From: a virus
Lineage: Duplodnaviria > Caudoviricetes
Virus record (IMG/VR): IMGVR_UViG_3300034121_000204
Span: 1 to 61,280 of that record
Length of the DNA stretch: 61,280 nucleotides
Strand: one strand, 5' to 3'
A program made the position numbers and the translations under genes. Under the pieces are notes generated by a model that saw only the letters and a program-made list of their open reading frames with translations, was not told the origin of the DNA and searched no databases. Shown piece after piece: positions 1-9,314 of this stretch (position 1 is the stretch's first letter; every line of letters starts with the position of its first letter).

Positions 1-127
1 AGGCTGTTGATTGTGAGGACTACGAGTTCGCAGCTAAACTTAGAGACTTATAGTTATGGAAAAGATGTATAGAAAATTACCGAGTGGTCGATATCAGTAT
101 ATCGGTTACTCAAGCATACCTGACATA
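1..127. repeat. Terminal direct repeat, left copy (identical to 61154-61280); circular assembly overlap
   Basis: Exact 127-nt identity of the two contig ends; ORF 60895..61206 and ORF 56..424 read across the junction. Confidence 0.95.
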
Positions 128-424
128 TCGGATGGTATATGGTTGGTACAGAATAATAAGTCAAGTCGTTCCACGACTAGCCTTGTATGGAAGGTCGGAG
201 ATTTAAAGCGACCAGTTGATATTGTAACGCACGCATCATTGCAGGCTATATCTGATGATCTTACCAAGTACTTAATGAAGCTAGGTAACGATCAGTCTGA
301 CGAGTTTAAAGAAGCTGTTGAGATAATGGGTGGATATATCAGAGGACCAGTACACTTCGCCAACATATCAGCACATGACATAGTTAGTTTATTAATCAGA
401 CAAATAGCCATTAGCCATGAATAG
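56..424 (+). CDS. hypothetical protein
   Basis: 122-aa ORF tightly coupled to the upstream ORF across the circular junction. Confidence 0.7.
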   Translation: MEKMYRKLPSGRYQYIGYSSIPDISDGIWLVQNNKSSRSTTSLVWKVGDLKRPVDIVTHASLQAISDDLTKYLMKLGNDQSDEFKEAVEIMGGYIRGPVHFANISAHDIVSLLIRQIAISHE

Positions 425-776
425 TTTATTAATAGTAACGGCAATAGGATTTGCCGTTGTAGCAGTCAGAGTATTTATCGAATCAACCAAAAAGCCATGA
501 GAAAGTATCACATTTGTTACACAATATCTGATGATTTATGCACAGGTATAACACTAGAGGCATCGAGTTATGAGGATGCGTTAATTCAATTTAATAATAC
601 AAGTAAAATTTTGTACATATGTTTATTATCTTAATCAGTCTTTTAATGCCAGCATTATTTTTCTTTATCATGACAACGGCAAGCTTACTTAACAACAAGA
701 TACTCAGAGTTGGTGGGGTATCAATAGGCTTTTCAGGAATGATGTTATCAGTTATCAATTTAATAGTACAAGTAAT

Positions 777-1166
777 ATGTTTAAGTTATTAGCAGTAGCT
801 GTGGTGACACTGGGTGTCAACATTGCGTTCGGACAACTAGCCTACATGAGAGGCTTCAAGAATCTAGGTGATGATTCGTATTTATTAACTTTAAAAGATC
901 CTGTTGAGGCGATACATAGGTACAACTATGTACTGGACATGAACGGCATGGATACTAGCAAGGTGTACGACATCACAAAGAACCCTATTGACTTTGGGTT
1001 CTACAAGAAAGATCCTAGCTCTGACAAGGTGATCATGTGTTTCTTCTTAAAGAAGAACGGCAAGTATGACCTATTGTTTGGTGAGATTGAGGATGAGAAC
1101 ACGTACTTCTTTGACGTTGTTGATGAGAACGGTGAGGTAACAGAGTTAAAATATGTTAAGGAATGA
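777..1166 (+). CDS. hypothetical protein with N-terminal signal peptide
   Basis: MFKLLAVAVVTLGVNIAFGQ resembles a Bacteroidota Sec signal; ATGA overlap with the MTase. Confidence 0.65.
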   Translation: MFKLLAVAVVTLGVNIAFGQLAYMRGFKNLGDDSYLLTLKDPVEAIHRYNYVLDMNGMDTSKVYDITKNPIDFGFYKKDPSSDKVIMCFFLKKNGKYDLLFGEIEDENTYFFDVVDENGEVTELKYVKE

Positions 1167-2194
1167 AAATATTAAGTTTATTTGACGGAATATCAGCTGG
1201 TCAGCTTGCACTACAGCGAGCTGGCGTTGCTGTAGATGCGTACTATGCTAGCGAGGTAGACAAGTACGCAATTAGCGTAACGCAAAATGCGTACCCAAAT
1301 ACTATTCAGTTGGGTGACGTAACAAAGTGGCGAGAGTGGGACATACCGTGGGGAGAGATTGACCTAGTGATAGGTGGTTCGCCATGTCAGGGATTCAGTT
1401 TTGCAGGTAAGCAGTTGAACTTTAATGATCCAAGGTCAGCGTTGTTTTTTGTGTTCGTTGACATCTGCCACAGAGTTGCTGACGACAACCCTAAGATGCG
1501 ATTCATGTTAGAGAACGTTCGGATGAAGAAGGAGTACCAAGATGTGATTACTGGATACTTTGGAGTTGAGCCAATTGCTATCAATAGTTCATTGGTGTCG
1601 GCACAGAACAGATACCGATTGTACTGGACAAACATTCCTAACGTCACTCAACCTGATGATAAGGGTATATTGTTTAATCACATAATACAAGATAATGTTG
1701 ATGAAAAGTATTATTATTCAAAAACTGTACTTGATAGAATAGATGTATCTGAAATAAACCACGTTGGTATGGTTGGTTATAAATCAAAAGGTAAAGAGGT
1801 TGATAAGTGTGGGACTTTGTTGGCTAGACATTACAAAGGAATGCAAAGTTTACCTTATCCAATTGTAAAAGAAAGTATATTAAAAGTTCCTGAAGCAACA
1901 AAAAAGGGATACGTTGAGGTACATCCAAATGAAGGAGTTGACTTAACATTTATCAATTCAAAGACTAGACGAGGTAGACTTATGAAAAACAAGTCAAATT
2001 GTTTAACAGCTACTAACTATGACTATTGTTGGTATGACGGATATATATGCCGCAAGCTAACACCAATCGAATGCGAACGTCTACAGACCTTTCCTGACAA
2101 TTGGACGGAAGGTATATCAGACACGCAGAGGTACAAGGCATTAGGTAACAGTTGGACAGTTGACGTAGTAGCACATATATTCAAGAACTTATGA
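1163..2194 (+). CDS. DNA (cytosine-5) methyltransferase
   Basis: Motif I LFDGISAG, motif IV GGSPCQGFS, motif VI ENV, motif VIII QNRYR, motifs IX/X LTPIECERLQTFP and GNSW. Confidence 0.95.
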   Translation: MKILSLFDGISAGQLALQRAGVAVDAYYASEVDKYAISVTQNAYPNTIQLGDVTKWREWDIPWGEIDLVIGGSPCQGFSFAGKQLNFNDPRSALFFVFVDICHRVADDNPKMRFMLENVRMKKEYQDVITGYFGVEPIAINSSLVSAQNRYRLYWTNIPNVTQPDDKGILFNHIIQDNVDEKYYYSKTVLDRIDVSEINHVGMVGYKSKGKEVDKCGTLLARHYKGMQSLPYPIVKESILKVPEATKKGYVEVHPNEGVDLTFINSKTRRGRLMKNKSNCLTATNYDYCWYDGYICRKLTPIECERLQTFPDNWTEGISDTQRYKALGNSWTVDVVAHIFKNL

Positions 2195-2586
2195 AAGCTT
2201 GGCACGACTTAGCAAATGATCCATACATCTCGCTCTATCAAACTAGAGTAAGTAAATGGTACATCGACATGGGAGTTAAGATAGAGCGATTTGACGAGGA
2301 TGGAAGGGTAGAGATCAAGAACACCATGACACCAACAGAGAGCTACAGAGATTTAACAGCAGAACAACTCAAGGTCTTTGATGACCTTGGTTGGTACGCT
2401 GGATGTATAAGCTTAAATGTTGACGTACTTGAGCAGAGGATTGAGTGGTTTGAGGAGTTGTTAGAGACTGGATGTGTAGATCCTGAGGGTATTGAAAAAA
2501 GATTAGAAAAAAATCGTGAAAGATTGTTGTATTATCAACAAAGATTAGTTAAATTTGTAACCCCTAAAATCAAATCAAATGAATAA
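2191..2586 (+). CDS. hypothetical protein
   Basis: 131-aa ORF overlapping both neighbours by a few bases. Confidence 0.7.
   Translation: MKAWHDLANDPYISLYQTRVSKWYIDMGVKIERFDEDGRVEIKNTMTPTESYRDLTAEQLKVFDDLGWYAGCISLNVDVLEQRIEWFEELLETGCVDPEGIEKRLEKNRERLLYYQQRLVKFVTPKIKSNE
2550..2557 (+). promoter_or_regulatory. Bacteroidota -7 promoter box TAAATTTG
   Basis: Matches TAnnTTTG 21 nt upstream of the 2579 start. Confidence 0.55.
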
Positions 2587-3073
2587 TCAAACGCATTGGC
2601 GTAATTTAATGGCAGACAACAAGTACTTGGGTGCTTGGGACTTGGAGGTCAACGGCAAGTATGAGCCGAGAGTAGTAACAATCGAGAAGGTATATCAAGA
2701 TGCTTTTGTTGGAGAGATGGGTAAGGAGCAGAAGGTATTTATAAAGCTGAAGGAGTTCCAGAAGCCAATGGTAACAAACAGGACAAACTTCAAGAGACTT
2801 GAGACATTCTTTAATTCGTTTAATCCTGACGACTATGTTGGTAAGCAGATAGTATTGGGAGCTGAGAAGGTAAAGAGTCCGCAAGGATTGGTTGAGGCGT
2901 TGCGATTCAGCACTAGACCATTACCTAAGAAGGAGTTACCATCGTTGCCAAGTGACAAGTTGCAAGCTGCTATTGACGCAATCAAGTCAAAGGCTACAAC
3001 AGTAGACAAGGTAAGCAAGCAGTACAAGTTAACTGACGAACAGCTAAAACAACTGCAAGATGCTGAGGCTTAG
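2579..3073 (+). CDS. conserved phage protein, candidate ssDNA-binding/annealing partner of the exonuclease
   Basis: THWRNL..KYLGAWDL N-terminus; sits directly upstream of exonuclease and SSB. Confidence 0.5.
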   Translation: MNNQTHWRNLMADNKYLGAWDLEVNGKYEPRVVTIEKVYQDAFVGEMGKEQKVFIKLKEFQKPMVTNRTNFKRLETFFNSFNPDDYVGKQIVLGAEKVKSPQGLVEALRFSTRPLPKKELPSLPSDKLQAAIDAIKSKATTVDKVSKQYKLTDEQLKQLQDAEA

Positions 3074-3827
3074 GGCATCGACAGCTAGCCCTATCTTCCT
3101 AGGTGATGATGGGTTGACAGCAAAGCAGCAAGAGATGCTAGATGAGCTGCTCGATAAGATAAAGTTAACTGAGAAGCAGGCTGAGAAGAGAGATGAATTA
3201 ATAGCCAAACGTGATGCTCCTGTTGAGCTATCGGCTGGTGCAAAAACATTAATAGAGGACTATGTTGACAGAAAGATTTATGACTATCACGAGAATTTTT
3301 CAAACGCAAAGACGGAGAAAGGTTGGCTTGTTGAAGAGGAAGCTATTGAGATCTATAATAAAGTTTATTTCACCGACTACTGTAAAGTGCCTGACGACCA
3401 CGCTTATTACCATCTCGAATATAATATCCTTGGCGGTCATCCTGACGTTGTTGATTGTGAGAAAAGGAAGGTAATTGACATCAAGTCATCTTGGTCGAAG
3501 AAGTCTTTCCCAAAGACACCTGAGAAGGCGTATGACACTGGGTATCAGTGGCAAGTTAAGTTATACTTGTACATGTTGACAAAGACAACAGGTGAGCAGT
3601 GGAGAGATGGTGAGGTAGTCCATGTGTTAGTATCAACACCAGAGGAGTTAAAGCCTGAGTGGGAGACAGAGAGTATGCACTACGTGCCTGACGACTTTCC
3701 TTTGAGCTTACGTACAACGAAGGTTGAGGTGGAGCTGACAGATGATGACATATTAAAGATTGAGAGAAGATTGAGAGCAGCTAGTGAGTACGCTGATGAG
3801 TATTACCAAAAACTAATTAATAAGTAA
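3060..3827 (+). CDS. PD-(D/E)XK exonuclease (lambda-exo/YqaJ-like)
   Basis: KGWLVEEEAI, GGHPD, VIDIKSSW and YQWQVKLYL motifs. Confidence 0.8.
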   Translation: MLRLRASTASPIFLGDDGLTAKQQEMLDELLDKIKLTEKQAEKRDELIAKRDAPVELSAGAKTLIEDYVDRKIYDYHENFSNAKTEKGWLVEEEAIEIYNKVYFTDYCKVPDDHAYYHLEYNILGGHPDVVDCEKRKVIDIKSSWSKKSFPKTPEKAYDTGYQWQVKLYLYMLTKTTGEQWRDGEVVHVLVSTPEELKPEWETESMHYVPDDFPLSLRTTKVEVELTDDDILKIERRLRAASEYADEYYQKLINK

Positions 3828-3844
3828 CCAATAAACAAATAAAT

Positions 3845-4186
3845 ATGAGTGCATTTAAGATGAAGGGTGTAGTTAAAGTGATTAAGCCTACACAACAAGT
3901 GTCAGACAAGTTTAGCAAGCGTGAGTTTGTAGTAACTGACAACAGTGATGATAAATTTTCACAGGACATAATGTTTGAGTTGACGCAAGACAAGACAGCG
4001 TTATTAGATAGTGTTATGGAAGGGCAAGAGGTAGAGGTATCTTTTAACTTACGTGGTCGTGAATGGAAATCTCCAACAGGAGAGGTTAAGTACTTCAATA
4101 CGTTAAATGCTTTCAAAGTTGAGTCAGATGGAGCAGCACCAGTAGCTGCTACAGTTGAGACTGACGATGAGGGATTACCTTTCTAA
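3845..4186 (+). CDS. single-stranded DNA-binding protein, DUF3127-type
   Basis: FSKREFVV, VSFNLRGREW, YFNTLNAF and acidic tail ending DDEGLPF. Confidence 0.85.
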   Translation: MSAFKMKGVVKVIKPTQQVSDKFSKREFVVTDNSDDKFSQDIMFELTQDKTALLDSVMEGQEVEVSFNLRGREWKSPTGEVKYFNTLNAFKVESDGAAPVAATVETDDEGLPF

Positions 4187-4510
4187 GCTATGGATTTTGT
4201 TATATTTTACGTGTTATTCTCTGGGTTCTTTACTTACGGAGTAACACATGCGGAGCATGACAACACGCTAGATGTGTTGATTAAATTATTTTTATCACTA
4301 ATCTTCGGATCAGTAATGATGCCTGTATTTTTAGGTAGCTGGTTTGATTTAAATAACAAGAAATGATTGATATAACAATTAAAATAAATGAGAACTGCTC
4401 GGCATCATTCAAAGTAATGAATGATGCTACAGTTTTTGAGGCTAGAGAGACAATACTGCATGCATTGCAGACAGCTGGCTACACTGAAAACTCAATAAAT
4501 GAGATATTAG

Positions 4511-4518
4511 TACCTTTG
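4511..4518 (+). promoter_or_regulatory. Bacteroidota -7 promoter box TACCTTTG
   Basis: TAnnTTTG match 18 nt upstream of ATG 4537 followed by an A-rich leader. Confidence 0.6.
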
Positions 4519-4536
4519 TGTTTAAAATAAATAAAT

Positions 4537-4884
4537 ATGGAGACAGCTAAATTTATCGGAACATTGTTCCAGTCGCGAGACATGATGCACTTGCAACATT
4601 TACAGACAACATCATTTGCAGAGCACAAGGCTTTGGGACATTATTATGATGAGATTCTTGAGCTAACAGACTCATTTACTGAGAAGTACTTTGGTCGTAA
4701 CAAACGAATTCCTATCACTATTCCTGAGTCAAAGGCTATGAATGCTACTGATCACTTGAAGTCAATGCAGAAATTGATTGAGGCTGAGGCTGACTCTGAG
4801 AACTACCCATGTGACTTAGAGAACATCTTAGATGAGATGTTAGGTCTTGTTAACAAGACGTTGTACTTGTTGACGTTAGTATAG
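4537..4884 (+). CDS. ferritin/Dps-like four-helix protein (DUF5856-like)
   Basis: HLQHLQTTSFAEHKALGHYYD...TDSFTEKYFG pattern and C-terminal NILDEMLGLVNKTLYLL. Confidence 0.75.
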   Translation: METAKFIGTLFQSRDMMHLQHLQTTSFAEHKALGHYYDEILELTDSFTEKYFGRNKRIPITIPESKAMNATDHLKSMQKLIEAEADSENYPCDLENILDEMLGLVNKTLYLLTLV

Positions 4885-5147
4885 TTCTTTACCTTTGGTA
4901 AGGAATATGTAAAGGCTTTTAGCATTGAGCCCAAATCAATGCTATTTAAAAAAAAAAACGCTGATGTTCGGCATCAAAGAGTGTACCTGCTAGCAACTCA
5001 ATAGGTTAAGCGTGTCCTACAGGTTATGGTAAGTTGATTCATACCATAACCACAAAAGTTCATGGTGGACAACAGTTATAGTTCTGTGGTTAACCCAACA
5101 TACTGGGAAAAACTATATGCCGATAGGTATGTCTAGTCGGCATTTTT
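4885..5147 (+). ncRNA. candidate structured non-coding RNA or leader
   Basis: Intergenic region packed with stems: 4920-4944 (9 bp perfect), 5022-5051 (10 bp perfect), 4962-4976, 5094-5107, and 5117-5143 followed by a T-run; TACCTTTG box at 4890-4897. Confidence 0.5.
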
Positions 5148-5167
5148 AAATTGTAATCTAATATAAT

Positions 5168-5533
5168 ATGCTAATAAAAGGTCAGAAAGTAAGAGTGACT
5201 ATTGATAATAGTTACTTTAATAAAGGTCAGATAGTTGAGGTGCATAAGCCTGACAAGTATGGTGCATGGTTGATTGGTAAAGATATAACAGGTAAGCATA
5301 CTGACTGGTATTTCGACTACAATAACTTTGAGGTTGTTGATTCAGTTGTCGAAAGTATAATAGATAAGTTTAGAGAAAGGTCTGATGTTGGTATTAAGAA
5401 GTATAATACTACGTTAGATAGGGTTGACTTAACAGAGACTGAGTGGAGAGAACATCTGCTCGAAGAATTAATGGATGCAATACTTTATTTACAAAAAATC
5501 AAGACTTATGAAGCTAAAACCAACAAAAAATAA
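5168..5533 (+). CDS. protein with C-terminal MazG-like (all-alpha NTP pyrophosphohydrolase) domain
   Basis: GIKKYNTTLDR...WREHLLEELMDAILY contains an EExxD motif. Confidence 0.55.
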   Translation: MLIKGQKVRVTIDNSYFNKGQIVEVHKPDKYGAWLIGKDITGKHTDWYFDYNNFEVVDSVVESIIDKFRERSDVGIKKYNTTLDRVDLTETEWREHLLEELMDAILYLQKIKTYEAKTNKK

Positions 5534-5969
5534 ATACTACCTAGGTAAAATTATACATGGCTGTCCGTACTATATGCCTTGGAACTTCAATCGAAATATA
5601 ATAAGCATACGAAAGAATAGTGTTCCGATGGTAAGACGTTCGAAAGATTGGATATTCAAGATACTTGGCAATAAGTATTGGATACAAGTAGGTTGGCCAA
5701 TAAAGATGACGTGGCATGATTTGGGGTGGAAAGATAAGTACGACACTCCAAGGTACGAGTGGTGTCCAGGTTTCTATATCTACTTCTTCCGTTGGCAGTT
5801 CTGCATATTTAAAGTATCACCTGTAGGTGACATCAGTCAGTACTACGAGCAGAAGATATGGCTAGAGGAGTACTCAGATGGTGACTACGATAAAGCAAAG
5901 AGTACATGGCCTTGGGTTGACGGCCAAACGAAAGAGTCAACATGGGATGACAAATTTTTTGAAGTATGA
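5508..5969 (+). CDS. hypothetical Trp-rich protein
   Basis: ORF track 5475..5969; the more likely start is MKLKP at 5508. Confidence 0.6.
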   Translation: MKLKPTKNKYYLGKIIHGCPYYMPWNFNRNIISIRKNSVPMVRRSKDWIFKILGNKYWIQVGWPIKMTWHDLGWKDKYDTPRYEWCPGFYIYFFRWQFCIFKVSPVGDISQYYEQKIWLEEYSDGDYDKAKSTWPWVDGQTKESTWDDKFFEV

Positions 5970-6346
5970 GACAGTTAGTTTATAATGCAGTTACTTGTGT
6001 TGATTGCTTGGATACGATAGTTAGCTACCACAGACATGACTATAAGACATGTAGATGCGAGAATCAGGCAATGGTTGATGGTGGTACTGATTACATCAGG
6101 TATGGTGGAAAGGACATGAAGAAGGTTGTGCACCATGCTGTATACGATGACGAGGACTTTTCAAAGGTAAGGCAGTACGCAAGTAGAGGTAGTCGTGGAA
6201 AGGATGGTTTAATGAAGTTGACATACATACCTATTAAGGATTTAGACGATGACTACCTACAATCAATACTAGAGTATGGTGGTGCTAATTGGCACTTAGA
6301 TTTAATTAAGAAAGAAATAAAATATAGAGAAGATGGAAAGATGTGA
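5966..6346 (+). CDS. putative zinc-binding phage protein
   Basis: CxxC...HRHDYKTCxC...VDGGTDY. Confidence 0.65.
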   Translation: MRQLVYNAVTCVDCLDTIVSYHRHDYKTCRCENQAMVDGGTDYIRYGGKDMKKVVHHAVYDDEDFSKVRQYASRGSRGKDGLMKLTYIPIKDLDDDYLQSILEYGGANWHLDLIKKEIKYREDGKM

Positions 6347-6653
6347 ATGCTGTGGATCAATCATTAAGATAGGTGACATATCCAATTTTTTAAAAATAAT
6401 CAATGATATAATAGAGCGTGATGATTTGAATACTAAATCAAGAAGCAGGCATAAGACTCATAAGAGATATTTCTTGTATAAAAAAATGCGAGAGAAGGGA
6501 TTATCATTTGAAGGGATTGGTAATTATTTCGGTAGAGATCATGCAACTGTAATGCATGGTATAAATAAACATGATTTATTTTCAGAACAAAAAGATACAG
6601 TTTACTTAAAAGATACCGAAGGATATGATAACTTATTTCAAATCAATCAATGA
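6333..6653 (+). CDS. DnaA C-terminal-like helix-turn-helix protein
   Basis: LSFEGIGNYFGRDHATVMHG matches the DnaA domain IV signature RDHxTVxH. Confidence 0.8.
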   Translation: MERCECCGSIIKIGDISNFLKIINDIIERDDLNTKSRSRHKTHKRYFLYKKMREKGLSFEGIGNYFGRDHATVMHGINKHDLFSEQKDTVYLKDTEGYDNLFQINQ

Positions 6654-8988
6654 CACATCAGCTCCTTATCATGTTGACGTAAGTGTTGCAATAGACAGAA
6701 TAAGAAATGGTAAGTCAAAAGAATTAGTTGAGGCTGTAAGGAATGAGACAGAGAAAGATAAAAGGAACGAAAAGAAGAAAAGACTTCCTGCTGTTTGTTT
6801 CTCAGGCACATTCTCACGCAGAGCTGACAATGCTATTATTGAGCATAGTGGGATTATATGCATAGACTTTGATGGATTCAGAGACGAGCAGCACTTATTC
6901 GCTAAACGTCAAGAGCTTGTTGACGATAACTACTCTTACTGTGTATTTACGTCACCATCTGGTGATGGTATTAAGGTGTTGGTAAGGATTCCAAAAGATC
7001 CTAAGAACCACAAGAAGTACTTTAATTCTTTGCAGAAGCACTACAACTGCGATGAGTTTGATGTTACTTGCAAGAACATTAGTCGTGTATGCTACGAGTC
7101 TTATGATCCTGACATTCATGTTAACGAGTTAGCATTGATATGGTCTGACATGGAAGGCTCTGATGATTATAAGCCAGCAGTTCGTCCGATGATAAAGGTT
7201 GACGACACCAACGAGATAACAAGACGTTTGACACTATGGTGGTGTAAGAACTACGGAATGATTCCTGGACATCGTAACAATAACTTGTATATACTTGCTT
7301 GTGCGTTTAATGAGTTTGGTGTTGACAAGCAGACAGCTAGGAGTATTATTGATGGTTACGACACTAACGGAGAGATGGCTAGAGAGATACCAACGTTGGT
7401 TGAAAGTGCGTACAAGAACACAGCTATACATAACACTAAGTTCTACGAGGACATTGACAAGACTGTCGCAATAAAGAACGACATAAAGGTTGGTGTACCT
7501 TTGGAGAATATACTAAAAGAATACACTAATGTACCTGCTGATGTTATTGAGCACATCAGTTCTGAGGAAGATCCGAATAGGTTCTGGACTAAATCATCTA
7601 AAGGTAAGATTGATCTAGTACCTCACTTGTTAAGAGACTACCTAAGTAACAATGGATTCTATAAGTACTACCCTGAGGGATCTAACAACTTTGTTTTTGT
7701 ACGTGTACATGACAATGTGATAAGCGACTCCAATGAGGAAATGATAAAGGACCACATACTGAGCTACTTGAATAACATCGGTGATATGTCAATCTATAAC
7801 TACTTTGCCATGAACACTAAGTTTTTTACAGAAAACTTTTTGAACTTTTTACCAAAGATTGACGCTAGGTTTATGACTGACAATTCAGAGACAGCATACC
7901 TATACTATAACAACTGCGCTGTAAAAGTAACGCGTAGAGGTGTTGAGAGTATTGACTACAAGGACTTGAATGGTATTGTGTGGGATGATCAAAAGATTAA
8001 ACGTGACTTTATTGAGTCATCATTTGTTGATTGTGAATTTAGAAAGTTCATAACAAACATTTCTGGTGATGACAAGGAACGTGTAAAATCAGTTGAGTCA
8101 ACGATTGGTTACTTGATGCATAGCCATAAGCCAGCAAGCTACTGTCCTGCTGTAATACTTAATGATGAGGTAATTAGCGATAACCCTGAGGGTGGAACTG
8201 GTAAGGGTATATTTGTTAAGTCTATCAGCCACATGAAGAAGATGGTTATAATTGATGGCAAGGGATTCAGCTTTCAGAAGTCGTTCCCATATCAGAGAGT
8301 TCAGGTAGACACTCAGGTACTTGTATTTGATGACGTTAGCAAGCACTTTGACTTCGAGAGGCTATTCTCTGTCATAACCGAGGGGATAACGCTTGAGAAG
8401 AAGAATAAAGACGAGATACATATCCCATTTGAGAGATCACCAAAGATTGTCATAACAACTAACTATGCTATCAAGGGAGCAGGTAACTCATTTGAGAGAC
8501 GTAAGTGGGACTTGGAGTTAAAGCAGTACTACAATAAATCATTCACACCTGAGACTGAGTTTGGTCACATGTTGTTCAGTGGATGGGATGAGTACGAGTG
8601 GAATAAGTTTGACAACTACATGATAAGTAACCTACAGTCTTACCTTAATAAAGGACTAGTGCGTAGTGAGTTCAAGAACTTAAAGACTCGTAAGTTTATT
8701 GCAGAGACAAGCTCTGACTTTTGGGAGTGGGCTGTATCAAATGATAACGTACATACCAAAGCTAAAATCAAGTCGCTAGGACAAGACTTATTTAATTCAT
8801 TTACGCAAGAGTATCCTGACTATGCTACTTATGGTAGGTTTAAAATATCACAGAACAAGTTCTATAGATGGATAGATAGCTACGGTGAGTTTGCATTTGG
8901 AACAAAGCCAGCTGTGTCAAGGACAGCACTAGGTAAGAACATTGAATTTATTGTAAAAGAGAACGAACAACTAAATCTTAAATTATGA
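6625..8988 (+). CDS. primase-helicase (VirE-N/BT4734-like primase, PriCT-like region, P-loop ATPase)
   Basis: KKRLPAVCFSG, IDFD, FTSPSGDGIK; GHRNNNLY; Walker A GGTGKG, Walker B LVFDD, ITTN. Confidence 0.85.
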   Translation: MITYFKSINDTSAPYHVDVSVAIDRIRNGKSKELVEAVRNETEKDKRNEKKKRLPAVCFSGTFSRRADNAIIEHSGIICIDFDGFRDEQHLFAKRQELVDDNYSYCVFTSPSGDGIKVLVRIPKDPKNHKKYFNSLQKHYNCDEFDVTCKNISRVCYESYDPDIHVNELALIWSDMEGSDDYKPAVRPMIKVDDTNEITRRLTLWWCKNYGMIPGHRNNNLYILACAFNEFGVDKQTARSIIDGYDTNGEMAREIPTLVESAYKNTAIHNTKFYEDIDKTVAIKNDIKVGVPLENILKEYTNVPADVIEHISSEEDPNRFWTKSSKGKIDLVPHLLRDYLSNNGFYKYYPEGSNNFVFVRVHDNVISDSNEEMIKDHILSYLNNIGDMSIYNYFAMNTKFFTENFLNFLPKIDARFMTDNSETAYLYYNNCAVKVTRRGVESIDYKDLNGIVWDDQKIKRDFIESSFVDCEFRKFITNISGDDKERVKSVESTIGYLMHSHKPASYCPAVILNDEVISDNPEGGTGKGIFVKSISHMKKMVIIDGKGFSFQKSFPYQRVQVDTQVLVFDDVSKHFDFERLFSVITEGITLEKKNKDEIHIPFERSPKIVITTNYAIKGAGNSFERRKWDLELKQYYNKSFTPETEFGHMLFSGWDEYEWNKFDNYMISNLQSYLNKGLVRSEFKNLKTRKFIAETSSDFWEWAVSNDNVHTKAKIKSLGQDLFNSFTQEYPDYATYGRFKISQNKFYRWIDSYGEFAFGTKPAVSRTALGKNIEFIVKENEQLNLKL

Positions 8989-9314
8989 AATACTGCGATG
9001 GATTAATTAAAAATAGGTTAGACTTTACCGAGAAGCTTCATGGATTCGCCAAGCATGGTACAAGAAGAAAAACTGAGCTTTCAAAGATGTGTAGAGACTA
9101 CAAGGAAGCTCATGACTATCTTACTGGTAAGATTGAAGCTGTATCTTTTGTTCCTGAGTATAGCATAAGAGAACTAAAGCGGCAGTTCCTTTGGTTGAAT
9201 TATGATCGAGAGCTTCACTCTGAAGCAATTGAGGAGATAGATTATTATGTAAATAAAATGAAAGAAGATGGAGCTAAGAGATTATCAGACGAGGATAGCC
9301 AATCAAGCAGTTGA
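8985..9314 (+). CDS. hypothetical protein
   Basis: 109-aa ORF coupled to the primase stop. Confidence 0.6.
   Translation: MKYCDGLIKNRLDFTEKLHGFAKHGTRRKTELSKMCRDYKEAHDYLTGKIEAVSFVPEYSIRELKRQFLWLNYDRELHSEAIEEIDYYVNKMKEDGAKRLSDEDSQSSS

Noticed and set aside
4948-4958. A11 homopolymer as a phase-variation tract
   Set aside because: Intergenic and not between promoter elements; may be a linker or a sequencing-length artefact.
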